Counted from the first letter of the stretch, positions 1-8,941 are shown. The stretch is 64,000 nt of DNA from an uncultured Mycoplasmatota bacterium (GCA_947643405.1 CANRVY010000003.1:3072-67071), one strand, 5' to 3'. Numbers and translations: made by a program. The notes: a model not told the origin generated them from the letters alone.

Positions 1-386
1 CCATTGTCATTAATTCTTCTTACCGAGATTATGAATGGCAAGACAATTTATACCAGGGATATAAAAAAACAAATGGAAAAAAATTTGCTGATGAATATGC
101 TGCTCATGCAGGTCACTCTGAACATCAAACAGGTTTAGCAATCGATGTTTCCTCTTTTTCTAAACCAATGGCTAATTTTGAAGAAACAGAAGAATTTACT
201 TGGATGAGTAAAAATGCGCATAAATATGGTTTTATTTTACGATATCCAAAAGGAGAAGAAAATGAAGCTATCACAGGCTATAAATATGAATCATGGCATT
301 ATCGTTATGTTGGAATTGATATAGCTACTGAAATTTATGAAAAAGGTATTACATTTGACGAATATTATGATTATTATTTGAAATAG
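1..386 (+). CDS. D-alanyl-D-alanine carboxypeptidase, peptidase M15B (VanY-like); C-terminal part, 5' end cut by the window edge
   Basis: The frame is open from position 3. SEHQTGLAIDV, WM..NAHKYGFILRYPKG and ESWHYRYVG motifs match the two downstream paralogs. Confidence 0.8.
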   Translation, partial: IVINSSYRDYEWQDNLYQGYKKTNGKKFADEYAAHAGHSEHQTGLAIDVSSFSKPMANFEETEEFTWMSKNAHKYGFILRYPKGEENEAITGYKYESWHYRYVGIDIATEIYEKGITFDEYYDYYLK

Positions 387-435
387 GGAATTCCCTATTT
401 TTTTTATTTGGCGTATAATGATAAAAGGTGATAAT

Positions 436-1632
436 ATGAAAAATAAGAAAAATATAGTGATAATCAGTATCGTAGTATTAATCTTAGTATTAGGTTTTAT
501 ATTTCTAACAAAAAAATCGCTTACTTCTAAGTTTAAAAACTTTTCTGAAACAGAAATTAAATGGATACAAACACTTTCAAAGCAAGACCAAGATTATTTT
601 TTAAAAAAGGAAAATCTACATCCTTTAATCAAACAGAAAAGTTTTCAAGCTTCTAAATTCGCTCAATATTTAAATTTTTATAAAACAAATGAAACATTAG
701 ACTTCAACGTTTTAATTATGATTGTAAACCATAATTTGCAAGATGAAAACATTGAAATTACAGAACAAATTATGGATTTTTTTGAAGATAAGAATTTTGA
801 GCCAAGCAGATTAAAAAGATATATTGCTTATAAATCCGAAAATCCTTCTATTGAAATCAGCAAAGTCATTTCTTTTGTCAATCAGGATATTGATACTGTT
901 ACAATGAAATATGATGAATCCATTGAAGAATTTTTTAGCGCTAAATATTTCATAAAAGAAAATTTAAGTCGCTACATGAAATATCAAGAAGAACATAATA
1001 CAAAAGTGAATACAACGATTTCTTATGTGAACAGCAATTTAGATTATGATTATTATACAAATACAAAAAGTGCGGATTTAAAAAAAGATACTTTGATTTT
1101 AGTAAATAAATATTATGCTCTTGATAAAGATTATGAGCCAGATAACATGGTCCAAATTGAAGCAAAATATGGAGTTCAACAATACCTTCAAAAAGAAGCT
1201 TATGACGCATTTAAAAAAATGGCAGATGATGCAAAAAAAGAAGGCTTGACTCTTTATATTACATCTCCATATAGAAGCTATCAAACACAAAATAAATTAT
1301 ACAACAATTATAGTGCCAAAGATGGGAAAGAACTTGCAGATACCTACTCTGCTCGTCCTGGATATTCAGAACATCAAACTGGTCTTGCAGCTGATATTGT
1401 AAGTGGTCCTGGAAAATCACTTGCTTCATTTGAAAACACCAAAGAATTCAAATGGATAAAATCACATGCCCATTTATATGGATTTATTTTAAGATATCCA
1501 AAAGGAAAAGAAAAACTGACAGGATATCAATACGAACCTTGGCATTACCGCTACTTAGGAGTTGATACAGCCTCTAAAATTTACAGTTCAGGATTAACAT
1601 ACGAAGAATATTATGCTTATTATATTAAATAG
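436..1632 (+). CDS. Membrane-anchored D-alanyl-D-alanine carboxypeptidase, peptidase M15B (VanY family)
   Basis: N-terminal TM segment. C-terminal domain has YRSYQTQ, SEHQTGLAADIV and EPWHYRYLG zinc-peptidase motifs. RBS AAAGGTGAT sits before the ATG at 436. Confidence 0.85.
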   Translation: MKNKKNIVIISIVVLILVLGFIFLTKKSLTSKFKNFSETEIKWIQTLSKQDQDYFLKKENLHPLIKQKSFQASKFAQYLNFYKTNETLDFNVLIMIVNHNLQDENIEITEQIMDFFEDKNFEPSRLKRYIAYKSENPSIEISKVISFVNQDIDTVTMKYDESIEEFFSAKYFIKENLSRYMKYQEEHNTKVNTTISYVNSNLDYDYYTNTKSADLKKDTLILVNKYYALDKDYEPDNMVQIEAKYGVQQYLQKEAYDAFKKMADDAKKEGLTLYITSPYRSYQTQNKLYNNYSAKDGKELADTYSARPGYSEHQTGLAADIVSGPGKSLASFENTKEFKWIKSHAHLYGFILRYPKGKEKLTGYQYEPWHYRYLGVDTASKIYSSGLTYEEYYAYYIK

Positions 1633-1682
1633 GACTTGCTCCTATTTTTTTCTTTCTCGCATATAATATATTGGTGATTACT

Positions 1683-2357
1683 ATGAATGAAAAAACATTT
1701 AAATATGCGATTTATATTGTCATTGTGATTTTAATTTTACTATTCTATACCAAAGATATCGATTTGTTTGGAAATAATTTTTATAAAAATATCAAACCAG
1801 TTGACAATCCTGACTCTTTTGTTGTCCTAGTCAATAAAACCTATCAATTAAATGAAAATTATGTTCCCAACGATTTAGAAACCATTTCTAATTTCTATGC
1901 ATATGAAAATAAACAGCTTAGAAAAGATGCAAAAGATGCTTTTGAAGCTTTAAGTAAAGATGCTTCTATTTTAGGATATCGAATTATTGCGACTTCTACT
2001 TATAGAGATTTCCATTATCAGAAAAAACTATTTGAGGAATACACAGCTACCAAAGGAAAAGAATATGCCTTAGAATGTTCTGCAAAGCCTGGACATTCTG
2101 AACATCAAACAGGATTAGCTGTTGATGTAGCAGGTTCAAATGATGATTATGATGATTTCGAAAACTCTTTAGAATTTCCTTGGATGAAAGAAAATGCTCA
2201 TCTATATGGGTTCATTTTAAGATATCCAAAAGGAAAAGAAAAAATTACTGGTTTTAAATATGAACCTTGGCATTATCGTTATGTAGGAACTGAAATCGCA
2301 AAAATCATTTATGAAGAAAATTTAACTTTAGAAGAATACTACGATAAATACTTATAA
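1683..2357 (+). CDS. D-alanyl-D-alanine carboxypeptidase, peptidase M15B (VanY family), third tandem paralog
   Basis: N-terminal TM segment. SEHQTGLAVDV and EPWHYRYVG motifs. GGTGAT RBS. The ATG at 1683 is preferred over the TTG at 1671. Confidence 0.85.
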   Translation: MNEKTFKYAIYIVIVILILLFYTKDIDLFGNNFYKNIKPVDNPDSFVVLVNKTYQLNENYVPNDLETISNFYAYENKQLRKDAKDAFEALSKDASILGYRIIATSTYRDFHYQKKLFEEYTATKGKEYALECSAKPGHSEHQTGLAVDVAGSNDDYDDFENSLEFPWMKENAHLYGFILRYPKGKEKITGFKYEPWHYRYVGTEIAKIIYEENLTLEEYYDKYL

Positions 2358-2358
2358 A

Positions 2359-2385
2359 AAAAATAAGCTTTCGCTTATTTATCTA
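2359..2385. terminator. Bidirectional rho-independent terminator shared by the M15B gene and the convergent Flp-like gene
   Basis: AAATAAGC-tttc-GCTTATTT stem with an A-run before it and a T-run on the minus strand. The stem contains the stop codon of the minus-strand gene. Confidence 0.6.
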
Positions 2386-2575
2386 CACATTGACCTTCTC
2401 CTGGTTTCGCACCTTCCACATAAACTTTATCTAGTAAAGAACATGAGGACTTTGTCATAGAATCTTGCAAATAACCACCAAATAATTTTACAATACTAAT
2501 GACTACAACACTAATGACTGCAATAATCAATAAATATTCAACCAATGCTTGACCTCTTTGATTCAATCCTTTCAT
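2375..2575 (-). CDS. Flp/Fap-family type IVb prepilin-like small protein (66 aa)
   Basis: The N-terminus MKGLNQRGQALVEYLLIIAVISVVVISIV carries the G/xxxxEY prepilin-peptidase motif followed by a hydrophobic helix. GGGAGG RBS. A TTGACA-15-TATAAA promoter lies upstream. Confidence 0.6.
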   Translation of the reverse strand: MKGLNQRGQALVEYLLIIAVISVVVISIVKLFGGYLQDSMTKSSCSLLDKVYVEGAKPGEGQCVDK

Positions 2576-2670
2576 ACTTCTTTACCTCCCATTACTCTAT
2601 ATTAAGTTTATACTTTTTTAAGATATTTGTCAAATATTTTTTTCTATGTTATAGTAAACATGGTGATAAT

Positions 2671-2970
2671 ATGTCAACTAAAAATAATGCGATTATTTAT
2701 TGTACTTCTTTCCATTCTCGCTTTCTAGGTCTTATGTTTCAAAAGACTGTCAAAAAACCACTTTGTTTTCCACATTGTAACAGTATTCATACCTTTTTTA
2801 TGCGAATTCCCATCTTAGTAATTATTACCAATAAAAATCATGAAATTCTACTAAAAAAAGTTGTAAAACCTTGGAGAATTATAAAACCGGTTAAAAATGG
2901 ATATTATACTTATGAATTTGATGCGAATTATCTTCCAAATATCCAAAATAATATTTTTAAATTTTCTTAA
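2671..2970 (+). CDS. DUF192 (COG1430) family protein
   Basis: Sequence pattern of the DUF192 family. TTGTCA-17-TATAGT promoter and GGTGAT RBS lie directly upstream of the ATG at 2671. The longer track ORF starting at 2545 has no RBS and is unlikely to be the real start. Confidence 0.55.
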   Translation: MSTKNNAIIYCTSFHSRFLGLMFQKTVKKPLCFPHCNSIHTFFMRIPILVIITNKNHEILLKKVVKPWRIIKPVKNGYYTYEFDANYLPNIQNNIFKFS

Positions 2971-3976
2971 TATAAGCATATTTAGAATCTTGATAGTTTT
3001 GATAACTAGTTAATAAATCTTGACATGATTTTGAAATCGCGTTTAATCTTACAATATTTCCATGATATTCACATAAAGGGATTACATATCTCTTTTTTGT
3101 TTTAAAGCTTTCTATCATATAAAGAGGATTCTCAGGGATAGTTTCACTCCTTTCAATCTGTGTTAATTGATTAAAAGTATCCCATAAAGAACTCCACTCA
3201 CTTTGTTTAATCACTCTTATAATATCTTCTTCGCTTAAATGATAGAAATCTTCCACATTTATCAATCCATTTTGAACTAAACCCTTTAATACATCAGCAA
3301 TTAATTGCATCATTAATTTATCTTCATTTTGTTGTAATACAATGCTATATGTATAAGCACCTTTATAAAAATACTCCGCTGCTTCTACGGAAGAAAATCC
3401 AATCTCTGTTTTTCCACTTTCATTCATCATAGGTTTCATGTTATCATATACTTTTTTTACATCCGATAATTCCCATGTCTGTAACCAAATTAAATTCGTG
3501 TGCAAAACACCATCTAATCGGTCTACACAAATTCCAGGGCGCTCAATATCAACAACTGAATATTGTGTGATTGGAATCATATCAGTGACAAAAATTCCAT
3601 CCTCTTTTAAACAAGATAATAATGCTCTAGAAGATAGTAAAATATCTTTCAAATCCAATTCAGCACTTTCCTGTTTTTCATAATCACCTTTTACATAGTC
3701 AATACAATGACTAAAAACAGGCATTTCTAAATCATGTAACAAAGCTGCTATTGTTTGTTTTTTAGAATGGGTAAAATGCCACGTCATTAACGCACTCACA
3801 ATAGAATGGTCATATCTTGAATAGCGATATCTAACAGGAAATAATTTTGTATAATCAGCTCCACAAAATTGTCCTCTTGTCTTTAATTTTTGCATAATTC
3901 CCAAAGCCAAATACTTATCAATAAAATATGGATAATCTTCTGATAACAACCTTTGATATTTTTCTAATTCTGTCAT
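2957..3976 (-). CDS. HD-domain phosphohydrolase
   Basis: LLHDLEMPVFSH metal-binding HD motif. 339 aa. Confidence 0.6.
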   Translation of the reverse strand: MTELEKYQRLLSEDYPYFIDKYLALGIMQKLKTRGQFCGADYTKLFPVRYRYSRYDHSIVSALMTWHFTHSKKQTIAALLHDLEMPVFSHCIDYVKGDYEKQESAELDLKDILLSSRALLSCLKEDGIFVTDMIPITQYSVVDIERPGICVDRLDGVLHTNLIWLQTWELSDVKKVYDNMKPMMNESGKTEIGFSSVEAAEYFYKGAYTYSIVLQQNEDKLMMQLIADVLKGLVQNGLINVEDFYHLSEEDIIRVIKQSEWSSLWDTFNQLTQIERSETIPENPLYMIESFKTKKRYVIPLCEYHGNIVRLNAISKSCQDLLTSYQNYQDSKYAYIKKI

Positions 3977-3996
3977 AAAATCCTTTCTACCCTTTT

Positions 3997-5286
3997 TTAT
4001 TCTTTATATTCAAACTCTAAATCCAAAATACGAATGGTATCTCCTTCTAATGCTCCTAATTTTCTAAGTTCTTCATCAATTCCCATTTTACGAAGCTTTG
4101 TCGCAAAACGAAGTGCTGACTCATCTGTATTAAATTTGGTCATACGAAGCAATTTCTCTACTTTTTCTCCTCTTACTATCCAAACTCCATTTCCTGCGTT
4201 TTCAATTGAAAATGGTTTTTCTTCTTTGAATTTATATAAAACATGACTTTCAAATTTATTTTCTTCATAAAGAGGTTGTTTTGGAATTGTTTCTAATAAA
4301 TCAGCTAACGCAATAAGTACACTATCAATGTCCTTGTTCATAAGTGCTGAAATTGGATAAATAGGAACATTTATCTGTTTCATAAAACGTTTTAAATTCT
4401 CTTCTGCTCCTTCTACATCCATTTTATTGGCAATCACAATTCGTGGTTTTTCCATCATTTTTTCATGAAAGCTTTGCAATTCCTTATTAATAATTTGATA
4501 ATCTTCAATTGGGTCTCTACCTTCTACAGAACCCATATCTACAATATGAGCAATAATTCTTGTTCTTTCAATATGCTTTAAAAAACGGTCTCCAAGTCCT
4601 TCTCCTAAAGAGGCCCCTTCAATTAACCCAGGAAGGTCAGCAACGACAAAACTTCTGCCATCCTTCGTTTTTACAACCCCTAGATTTGGTTTTAAAGTCG
4701 TAAAATGATACTCTGCTATTTTAGGACGAGCTGCAGAAATCTTAGAAATAAATGTGGATTTCCCTACACTAGGAAGACCTACTAACCCAACATCTGCAAG
4801 CAATTTTAATTCTACCTTTACTTTTCTTTGTTCTCCTGGTTCTCCATTTTCTGCAAAAGATGGCGCTGGATTAGAGCGAGTCGCAAATGCAATATTTCCT
4901 CTTCCACCACGGCCACCTTTGGCAATAATTGCACGCTCATTTTTCTGAGTCAAATCTGCAACCACAAACCCAGTTTCTAAGTCAGTTACTACAGTTCCTG
5001 GAGGTACTTTAATAACAATATCTGCTGCTCCCGCTCCATGTTTTCCTTTTCCTTCTCCATTCTCACCCTTAGTTCCTTTGATTAATCTTTTATAACGTAA
5101 ATCTAGTAATGTATTTAATCCTTCATCCACTTCAAAAATGATGTCAGAACCTTTTCCACCATTTCCTCCATAAGGGCCTCCCATTTCCACATATTTTTCA
5201 CGGCGAAAAGCCATACAGCCATCTCCACCATTTCCAGCTAATAATTCTAATATGACTTCATCTACAAACATACTTTTCGCCTCCAA
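3997..5286 (-). CDS. obg: GTPase Obg (ObgE/CgtA)
   Basis: Glycine-rich Obg fold at the N-terminus (GGNGGKGSDIIF), GLPSVGKST G1 motif, and a C-terminal OCT domain. Confidence 0.95.
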   Translation of the reverse strand: MEAKSMFVDEVILELLAGNGGDGCMAFRREKYVEMGGPYGGNGGKGSDIIFEVDEGLNTLLDLRYKRLIKGTKGENGEGKGKHGAGAADIVIKVPPGTVVTDLETGFVVADLTQKNERAIIAKGGRGGRGNIAFATRSNPAPSFAENGEPGEQRKVKVELKLLADVGLVGLPSVGKSTFISKISAARPKIAEYHFTTLKPNLGVVKTKDGRSFVVADLPGLIEGASLGEGLGDRFLKHIERTRIIAHIVDMGSVEGRDPIEDYQIINKELQSFHEKMMEKPRIVIANKMDVEGAEENLKRFMKQINVPIYPISALMNKDIDSVLIALADLLETIPKQPLYEENKFESHVLYKFKEEKPFSIENAGNGVWIVRGEKVEKLLRMTKFNTDESALRFATKLRKMGIDEELRKLGALEGDTIRILDLEFEYKE

Positions 5287-5339
5287 TGCTATTATTATAC
5301 ACTAAAAAACATAAAAAAAATAGCTATCAAAATGATAAA

Positions 5340-5528
5340 CTACTTCTTATTTCCTAATAAGGTTATCACAATTAAAACAATAATGACAACCACTAATCCT
5401 ATGATAACATAATTCAAATTTGTCGCATTATTTGCATTTCCCGCAATAGCACCAACCTGCACTGTTAACGACTCTACTTGGCTATCTAATATTTTTAAAG
5501 CCTCTCCTTGAAACATCTCTAACTTCAT
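5340..5528 (-). CDS. Small membrane protein (62 aa) with a C-terminal TM helix
   Basis: GGAGG RBS 9 nt before the ATG at 5528. The C-terminus is hydrophobic (VIIGLVVVIIVLIVITLL). Confidence 0.5.
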   Translation of the reverse strand: MKLEMFQGEALKILDSQVESLTVQVGAIAGNANNATNLNYVIIGLVVVIIVLIVITLLGNKK

Positions 5529-5546
5529 ATGCAAGTTCCTCCTCTA

Positions 5547-6221
5547 CTATAGAAAACTTATAATTGTAACTACCAAATTATATAGCATTTTTGTCCCAAT
5601 TGGTACCATAATATTATCCTTTTTATAATAACTAAACGCTAAAACTGCATTTAAGAATATATAAGGCAAAGTTCCTAACAAAGTCTCCAATGTAATTTTA
5701 GAAAATGCAATATTAAAGTAACCAAAGAAAATAGAACTTACAAAAATAAATATCCAAGGCTTCTCTATTACTTGGCGAATTGTTTTCTGAAATACAATCA
5801 CTTCAACAATTGGATAATAAACAGTTACCATCAGTAAAATCCAAATTGGCGATTTTTCAAACTGTACTAATAAGTCAGCTTCATTTTCTATTACACCAAC
5901 ATCAAATACATATTTCAAAATAGAATTACAAATCAAAACTCCAATAAAAAGAATGGCAGTATATTTTAAAATAGATACTATTTTTTTCTTATCTTTACAA
6001 AATTTTATCCAATTTTCTTTTAGTGGCTTATAATAAATTGCCACCAAAATTCCAACTAAAATAGCATATCCAACTACATTATAAATAAACATTCCAAGTG
6101 TTACTGATGTTCCTCCACCAAATGTTTCCCAAAAAGCTTTTAATACAGTTGGCCAAAAAAAGTAAAGCAAAATAACACTAATACTAATCAAACAGTTTTT
6201 TCCCAAATCTGTTTTATTCAT
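5547..6221 (-). CDS. CPBP-family (CAAX protease-like) intramembrane protein
   Basis: Multi-TM protein with a degenerate EExxxR-like motif (VEVIVFQKTIRQ) and a FxxxN/H motif. GAGGTGA RBS. Confidence 0.5.
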   Translation of the reverse strand: MNKTDLGKNCLISISVILLYFFWPTVLKAFWETFGGGTSVTLGMFIYNVVGYAILVGILVAIYYKPLKENWIKFCKDKKKIVSILKYTAILFIGVLICNSILKYVFDVGVIENEADLLVQFEKSPIWILLMVTVYYPIVEVIVFQKTIRQVIEKPWIFIFVSSIFFGYFNIAFSKITLETLLGTLPYIFLNAVLAFSYYKKDNIMVPIGTKMLYNLVVTIISFL

Positions 6222-6477
6222 ACACTCACCTCACATATGATATTTTTATTATATCAAATAGAATAACAATTCTAAAATGATTCAAAAAATTTTTTTGCTA
6301 TTTGACGTAAAGAAAAAACTCTTAGATAGAAACCACCATCTAAAAGTTTTCCCAATATGATGTATTAACAATAAAGTAAAAACTCAACTACCCCCAGATT
6401 AAAAGACCTCTTAACCATTTCCACATAGGTTTAGCCTCCCTTCATTATTATACAACTAAAGTATATCATTTAAAAAA

Positions 6478-6505
6478 CCAAAAAGCAACGGCTTCTTGGT
6501 TTCTC
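6478..6505 (-). terminator. rpmA terminator
   Basis: AAACCAA...TTGGTTT stem followed by a T-run on the minus strand. Confidence 0.55.
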
Positions 6506-6513
6506 TTTACATC

Positions 6514-6792
6514 CTATCTATTTGGATAAACACTTACTTGCTTTTTACTTCTGCCAACACGTTCAAATTTTACATATCCATCTACTTTTGCATAAACAGT
6601 ATCATCACTACCAATACCTACATTGTTTCCTGGATACACTTTTGTTCCTCTTTGACGATAAAGAATTGAACCACCAGTTACAAATTCTCCATCTGCCGCT
6701 TTTGCGCCTAATCTTTTCGCAATGGAATCACGACCGTTTTTTGTTGAACCTTGACCTTTTTTATGGGCAAATAATTGTATATTTAATTGCAT
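6514..6792 (-). CDS. rpmA: 50S ribosomal protein L27 with the Firmicutes N-terminal propeptide
   Basis: [23 protein letters not shown]... The cleavable N-extension ends in FAHKKG. Confidence 0.95.
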   Translation of the reverse strand: MQLNIQLFAHKKGQGSTKNGRDSIAKRLGAKAADGEFVTGGSILYRQRGTKVYPGNNVGIGSDDTVYAKVDGYVKFERVGRSKKQVSVYPNR

Positions 6793-6819
6793 TAACTTTT
6801 CCACTCAGAACACCTCCTC

Positions 6820-7107
6820 TTATGAAATTTTTATATATTTAGAGTATTCCTTCTCTAATTCTTTTAATAATTCTACCATATTTAAAATTAAAGTATCAGT
6901 AATGGAAGTATGTTTTATAATATCAATGATAACCATTCCATCTTTCTCTTCATAAGTAATAGAATCTTCATCTATTCTTATTACTGCATTGATTGTTGTT
7001 GTAACAATACTAGATACAGATGCACAAACAATATCTTTTCCTGCTTCTTCATATCCAGCATGACCAAACACTTTAATCTTATCTTTTGCTACCGTTACTT
7101 TTATCAT
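6820..7107 (-). CDS. prp: Ribosomal-processing cysteine protease Prp (YsxB)
   Basis: 95 aa with catalytic His/Cys (FGHAGY...DIVCASVS), located between rplU and rpmA. Confidence 0.9.
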   Translation of the reverse strand: MIKVTVAKDKIKVFGHAGYEEAGKDIVCASVSSIVTTTINAVIRIDEDSITYEEKDGMVIIDIIKHTSITDTLILNMVELLKELEKEYSKYIKIS

Positions 7108-7109
7108 AA

Positions 7110-7412
7110 TTATTTAGATTTAATTGTTTTAATTTCTACCTTTGTATATGGTTGACGGTGACCTTGAGTTTTATGGTAATTTTTCTTTGCATTATATTTA
7201 TACACTTTTATTTTTTTACTTTTACCATGTTTTAAAATTTCACCAGTTACCTCTACATTTGATAAATATGGATGTCCAACAACACCATTTGCCATTAATA
7301 CTTTGTCAAATTTGATTTTTGAACCACTTTCTTCATCAATTTTTTCAATGTAAAGTACAGTTCCTTCTTCAACATAGTATTGTTTTCCACCAGTTTCAAT
7401 TACTGCTTTCAT
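7110..7412 (-). CDS. rplU: 50S ribosomal protein L21
   Basis: MKAVIETGGKQYYVEEG N-terminus. Confidence 0.95.
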   Translation of the reverse strand: MKAVIETGGKQYYVEEGTVLYIEKIDEESGSKIKFDKVLMANGVVGHPYLSNVEVTGEILKHGKSKKIKVYKYNAKKNYHKTQGHRQPYTKVEIKTIKSK

Positions 7413-7505
7413 TTTTAACCTCCTAACATTTTCTAAGACTCGCCTTTAAGGTACACAATGTGTTTAAAACCTATCTCAGTGCGGTTGTAGAGTGAGGCTC
7501 TACAC
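7413..7505 (-). promoter_or_regulatory. Putative L21-leader-type structured 5' UTR of the rplU-prp-rpmA operon
   Basis: A 100-nt untranslated leader containing GTAGAG...CTCTAC and AACACATTGTGT hairpins immediately upstream of the rplU RBS. Confidence 0.4.
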
Positions 7506-7516
7506 ATTTATAGATT

Positions 7517-8170
7517 TTACCACGCTTTCCCTTTAAAGTCAAACATTTTTTGTAAGTAAGTCTCTTCACTTACAAAGTGACCCTTTTGATAAAATAGATG
7601 TTTGGTATCTCGCTTCATTTTTTTGATATTTCCATCATGAATGACTTTACGTTTAGAAAAAATAAATCGATATAATATTCGTTCCAACAGAAATTTTCTA
7701 AAACAAAAATTCCTAGTTTGAAAAAATTCTACCATGTCCATAAATAAAGTTATCAAAATTAAAAGAAATACCAAAGAAAATCCAAATTGGAACAATAAAA
7801 GCGGAAGCATTAAAATGGATATATAAAATAGAAAATAAAAACTTCGCCAATAAGAGAAAAAATATTGATAAAAGAGCATCACTATTTTAGAACCATCCAA
7901 AGGAATAATTGGGAGTAAATTAAAATAGAGCAAACAATAATGAAATTCTTTAAAATGATTCCAATTTAAACCAGAAAAAAGATGATAAAAAAATAGTTGA
8001 AAAATAGGCCCCGCTAATACAATCATCATTTCTTCTTTGATTGGTTTATTTAAATGTTCTTCAAATAATGTAAGTGCTCCAAATGGATAAAGTTTTACTT
8101 TTTCTATATGCCACTTAAAATAAAGTGCCATCAAAATATGTCCCAGTTCATGGAAAAGTAAAATTGCCAT
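7517..8170 (-). CDS. SpoIVFB-like site-2 protease (peptidase M50), short form without a CBS domain
   Basis: HELGH zinc motif in the first TM helix, several more TM helices, and an LxxxDG-like motif (PLDGSKI). Sits in the spoIVFB position upstream of rplU. Confidence 0.7.
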   Translation of the reverse strand: MAILLFHELGHILMALYFKWHIEKVKLYPFGALTLFEEHLNKPIKEEMMIVLAGPIFQLFFYHLFSGLNWNHFKEFHYCLLYFNLLPIIPLDGSKIVMLFYQYFFSYWRSFYFLFYISILMLPLLLFQFGFSLVFLLILITLFMDMVEFFQTRNFCFRKFLLERILYRFIFSKRKVIHDGNIKKMKRDTKHLFYQKGHFVSEETYLQKMFDFKGKAW

Positions 8171-8249
8171 AAAAAGTGTAAAACTTTTAAAATTTCCTGT
8201 AATAAGTGTGAAAAAAGAAACGACATAAAAAAAGGGGTGAACTTCTACC

Positions 8250-8861
8250 CTACATACATTCTTGATAATTAAGAACCTTACCTTCCTTTTTAAATACTAA
8301 AAATAAATTATTTTTTTCTACTTCACCAAGTAGACTTCCTTCTTCTACATAATCATATAATTTTACATTGATTTCTTTTAATCCACCATACCATAAATCG
8401 GTTCCATTCATTTGTTCCACAATGACTGTTTTTCCATATCCTTCTTTTTCTCCAATAAAAACAACTAGACCACTATTTTTAACAGGAACCAAATAATGCT
8501 CATCCACTGTAAGTTTTACCCCATCTTTATAGGCTTCTTCTTTTTTAAACACAAGTTGTTCTTTAAAGGTTGCTTTTACTGGTTCTTTCAAATATTCAGA
8601 AAAAGGAATCGGACTTCCAAATAATTTTTGATAGACATTATTTACATAAGCAAAAGTAAAATTGGTATCATAAACTTGTTCATAAAAAACTTTTTTAAAG
8701 TCTTTAGACTGTTTTAGACCAATCAGAATCCCTAGCGTTAATAAAATTGTAATAAAAAATTTTATTATAATAACTGTTCCAATATTTTTTGATTCTTTTT
8801 TGGGTTCTAAATTTCTACTACGTTTTAATTTCATTTCTTTTTTTATTTCTTCTGGAGTCAT
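8250..8861 (-). CDS. SpoIVFA-like membrane protein with a degenerate LytM/M23 domain
   Basis: One TM helix, then a C-terminal degenerate M23 fold (GLVVFIGEKEGYGKTVIVEQ...GSLLGEV). AGGTGAT RBS before the ATG at 8861. Positioned directly upstream of the M50 gene, as in B. subtilis spoIVFA-spoIVFB. Confidence 0.6.
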   Translation of the reverse strand: MTPEEIKKEMKLKRSRNLEPKKESKNIGTVIIIKFFITILLTLGILIGLKQSKDFKKVFYEQVYDTNFTFAYVNNVYQKLFGSPIPFSEYLKEPVKATFKEQLVFKKEEAYKDGVKLTVDEHYLVPVKNSGLVVFIGEKEGYGKTVIVEQMNGTDLWYGGLKEINVKLYDYVEEGSLLGEVEKNNLFLVFKKEGKVLNYQECM

Positions 8862-8941
8862 GGTATCACCTAAAAAAGTATATGTTTTTTTGCGCATGAT
8901 TAGAATATCTTTTTTAGAGCATATTAGAAATGGTGATTTCT

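Noticed and set aside
950-1290. Minus-strand ORFs (86 and 63 aa) inside the M15B gene
   Set aside because: Embedded antisense within a well-supported CDS. They have AT-rich low-complexity translations and no RBS.
2545-2670. N-terminal 42-codon extension of the DUF192 ORF
   Set aside because: The promoter and RBS sit right before the internal ATG at 2671. The extension would overlap the divergent Flp-like gene.
3438-4948. Plus-strand ORFs (81, 70 and 64 aa) inside the HD-domain and obg genes
   Set aside because: Antisense shadow ORFs of strongly supported genes.
6522-7155. Plus-strand ORFs (106 and 81 aa) overlapping rpmA, prp and rplU
   Set aside because: Antisense to ribosomal protein genes. 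The translations are H/L/Y-rich junk.
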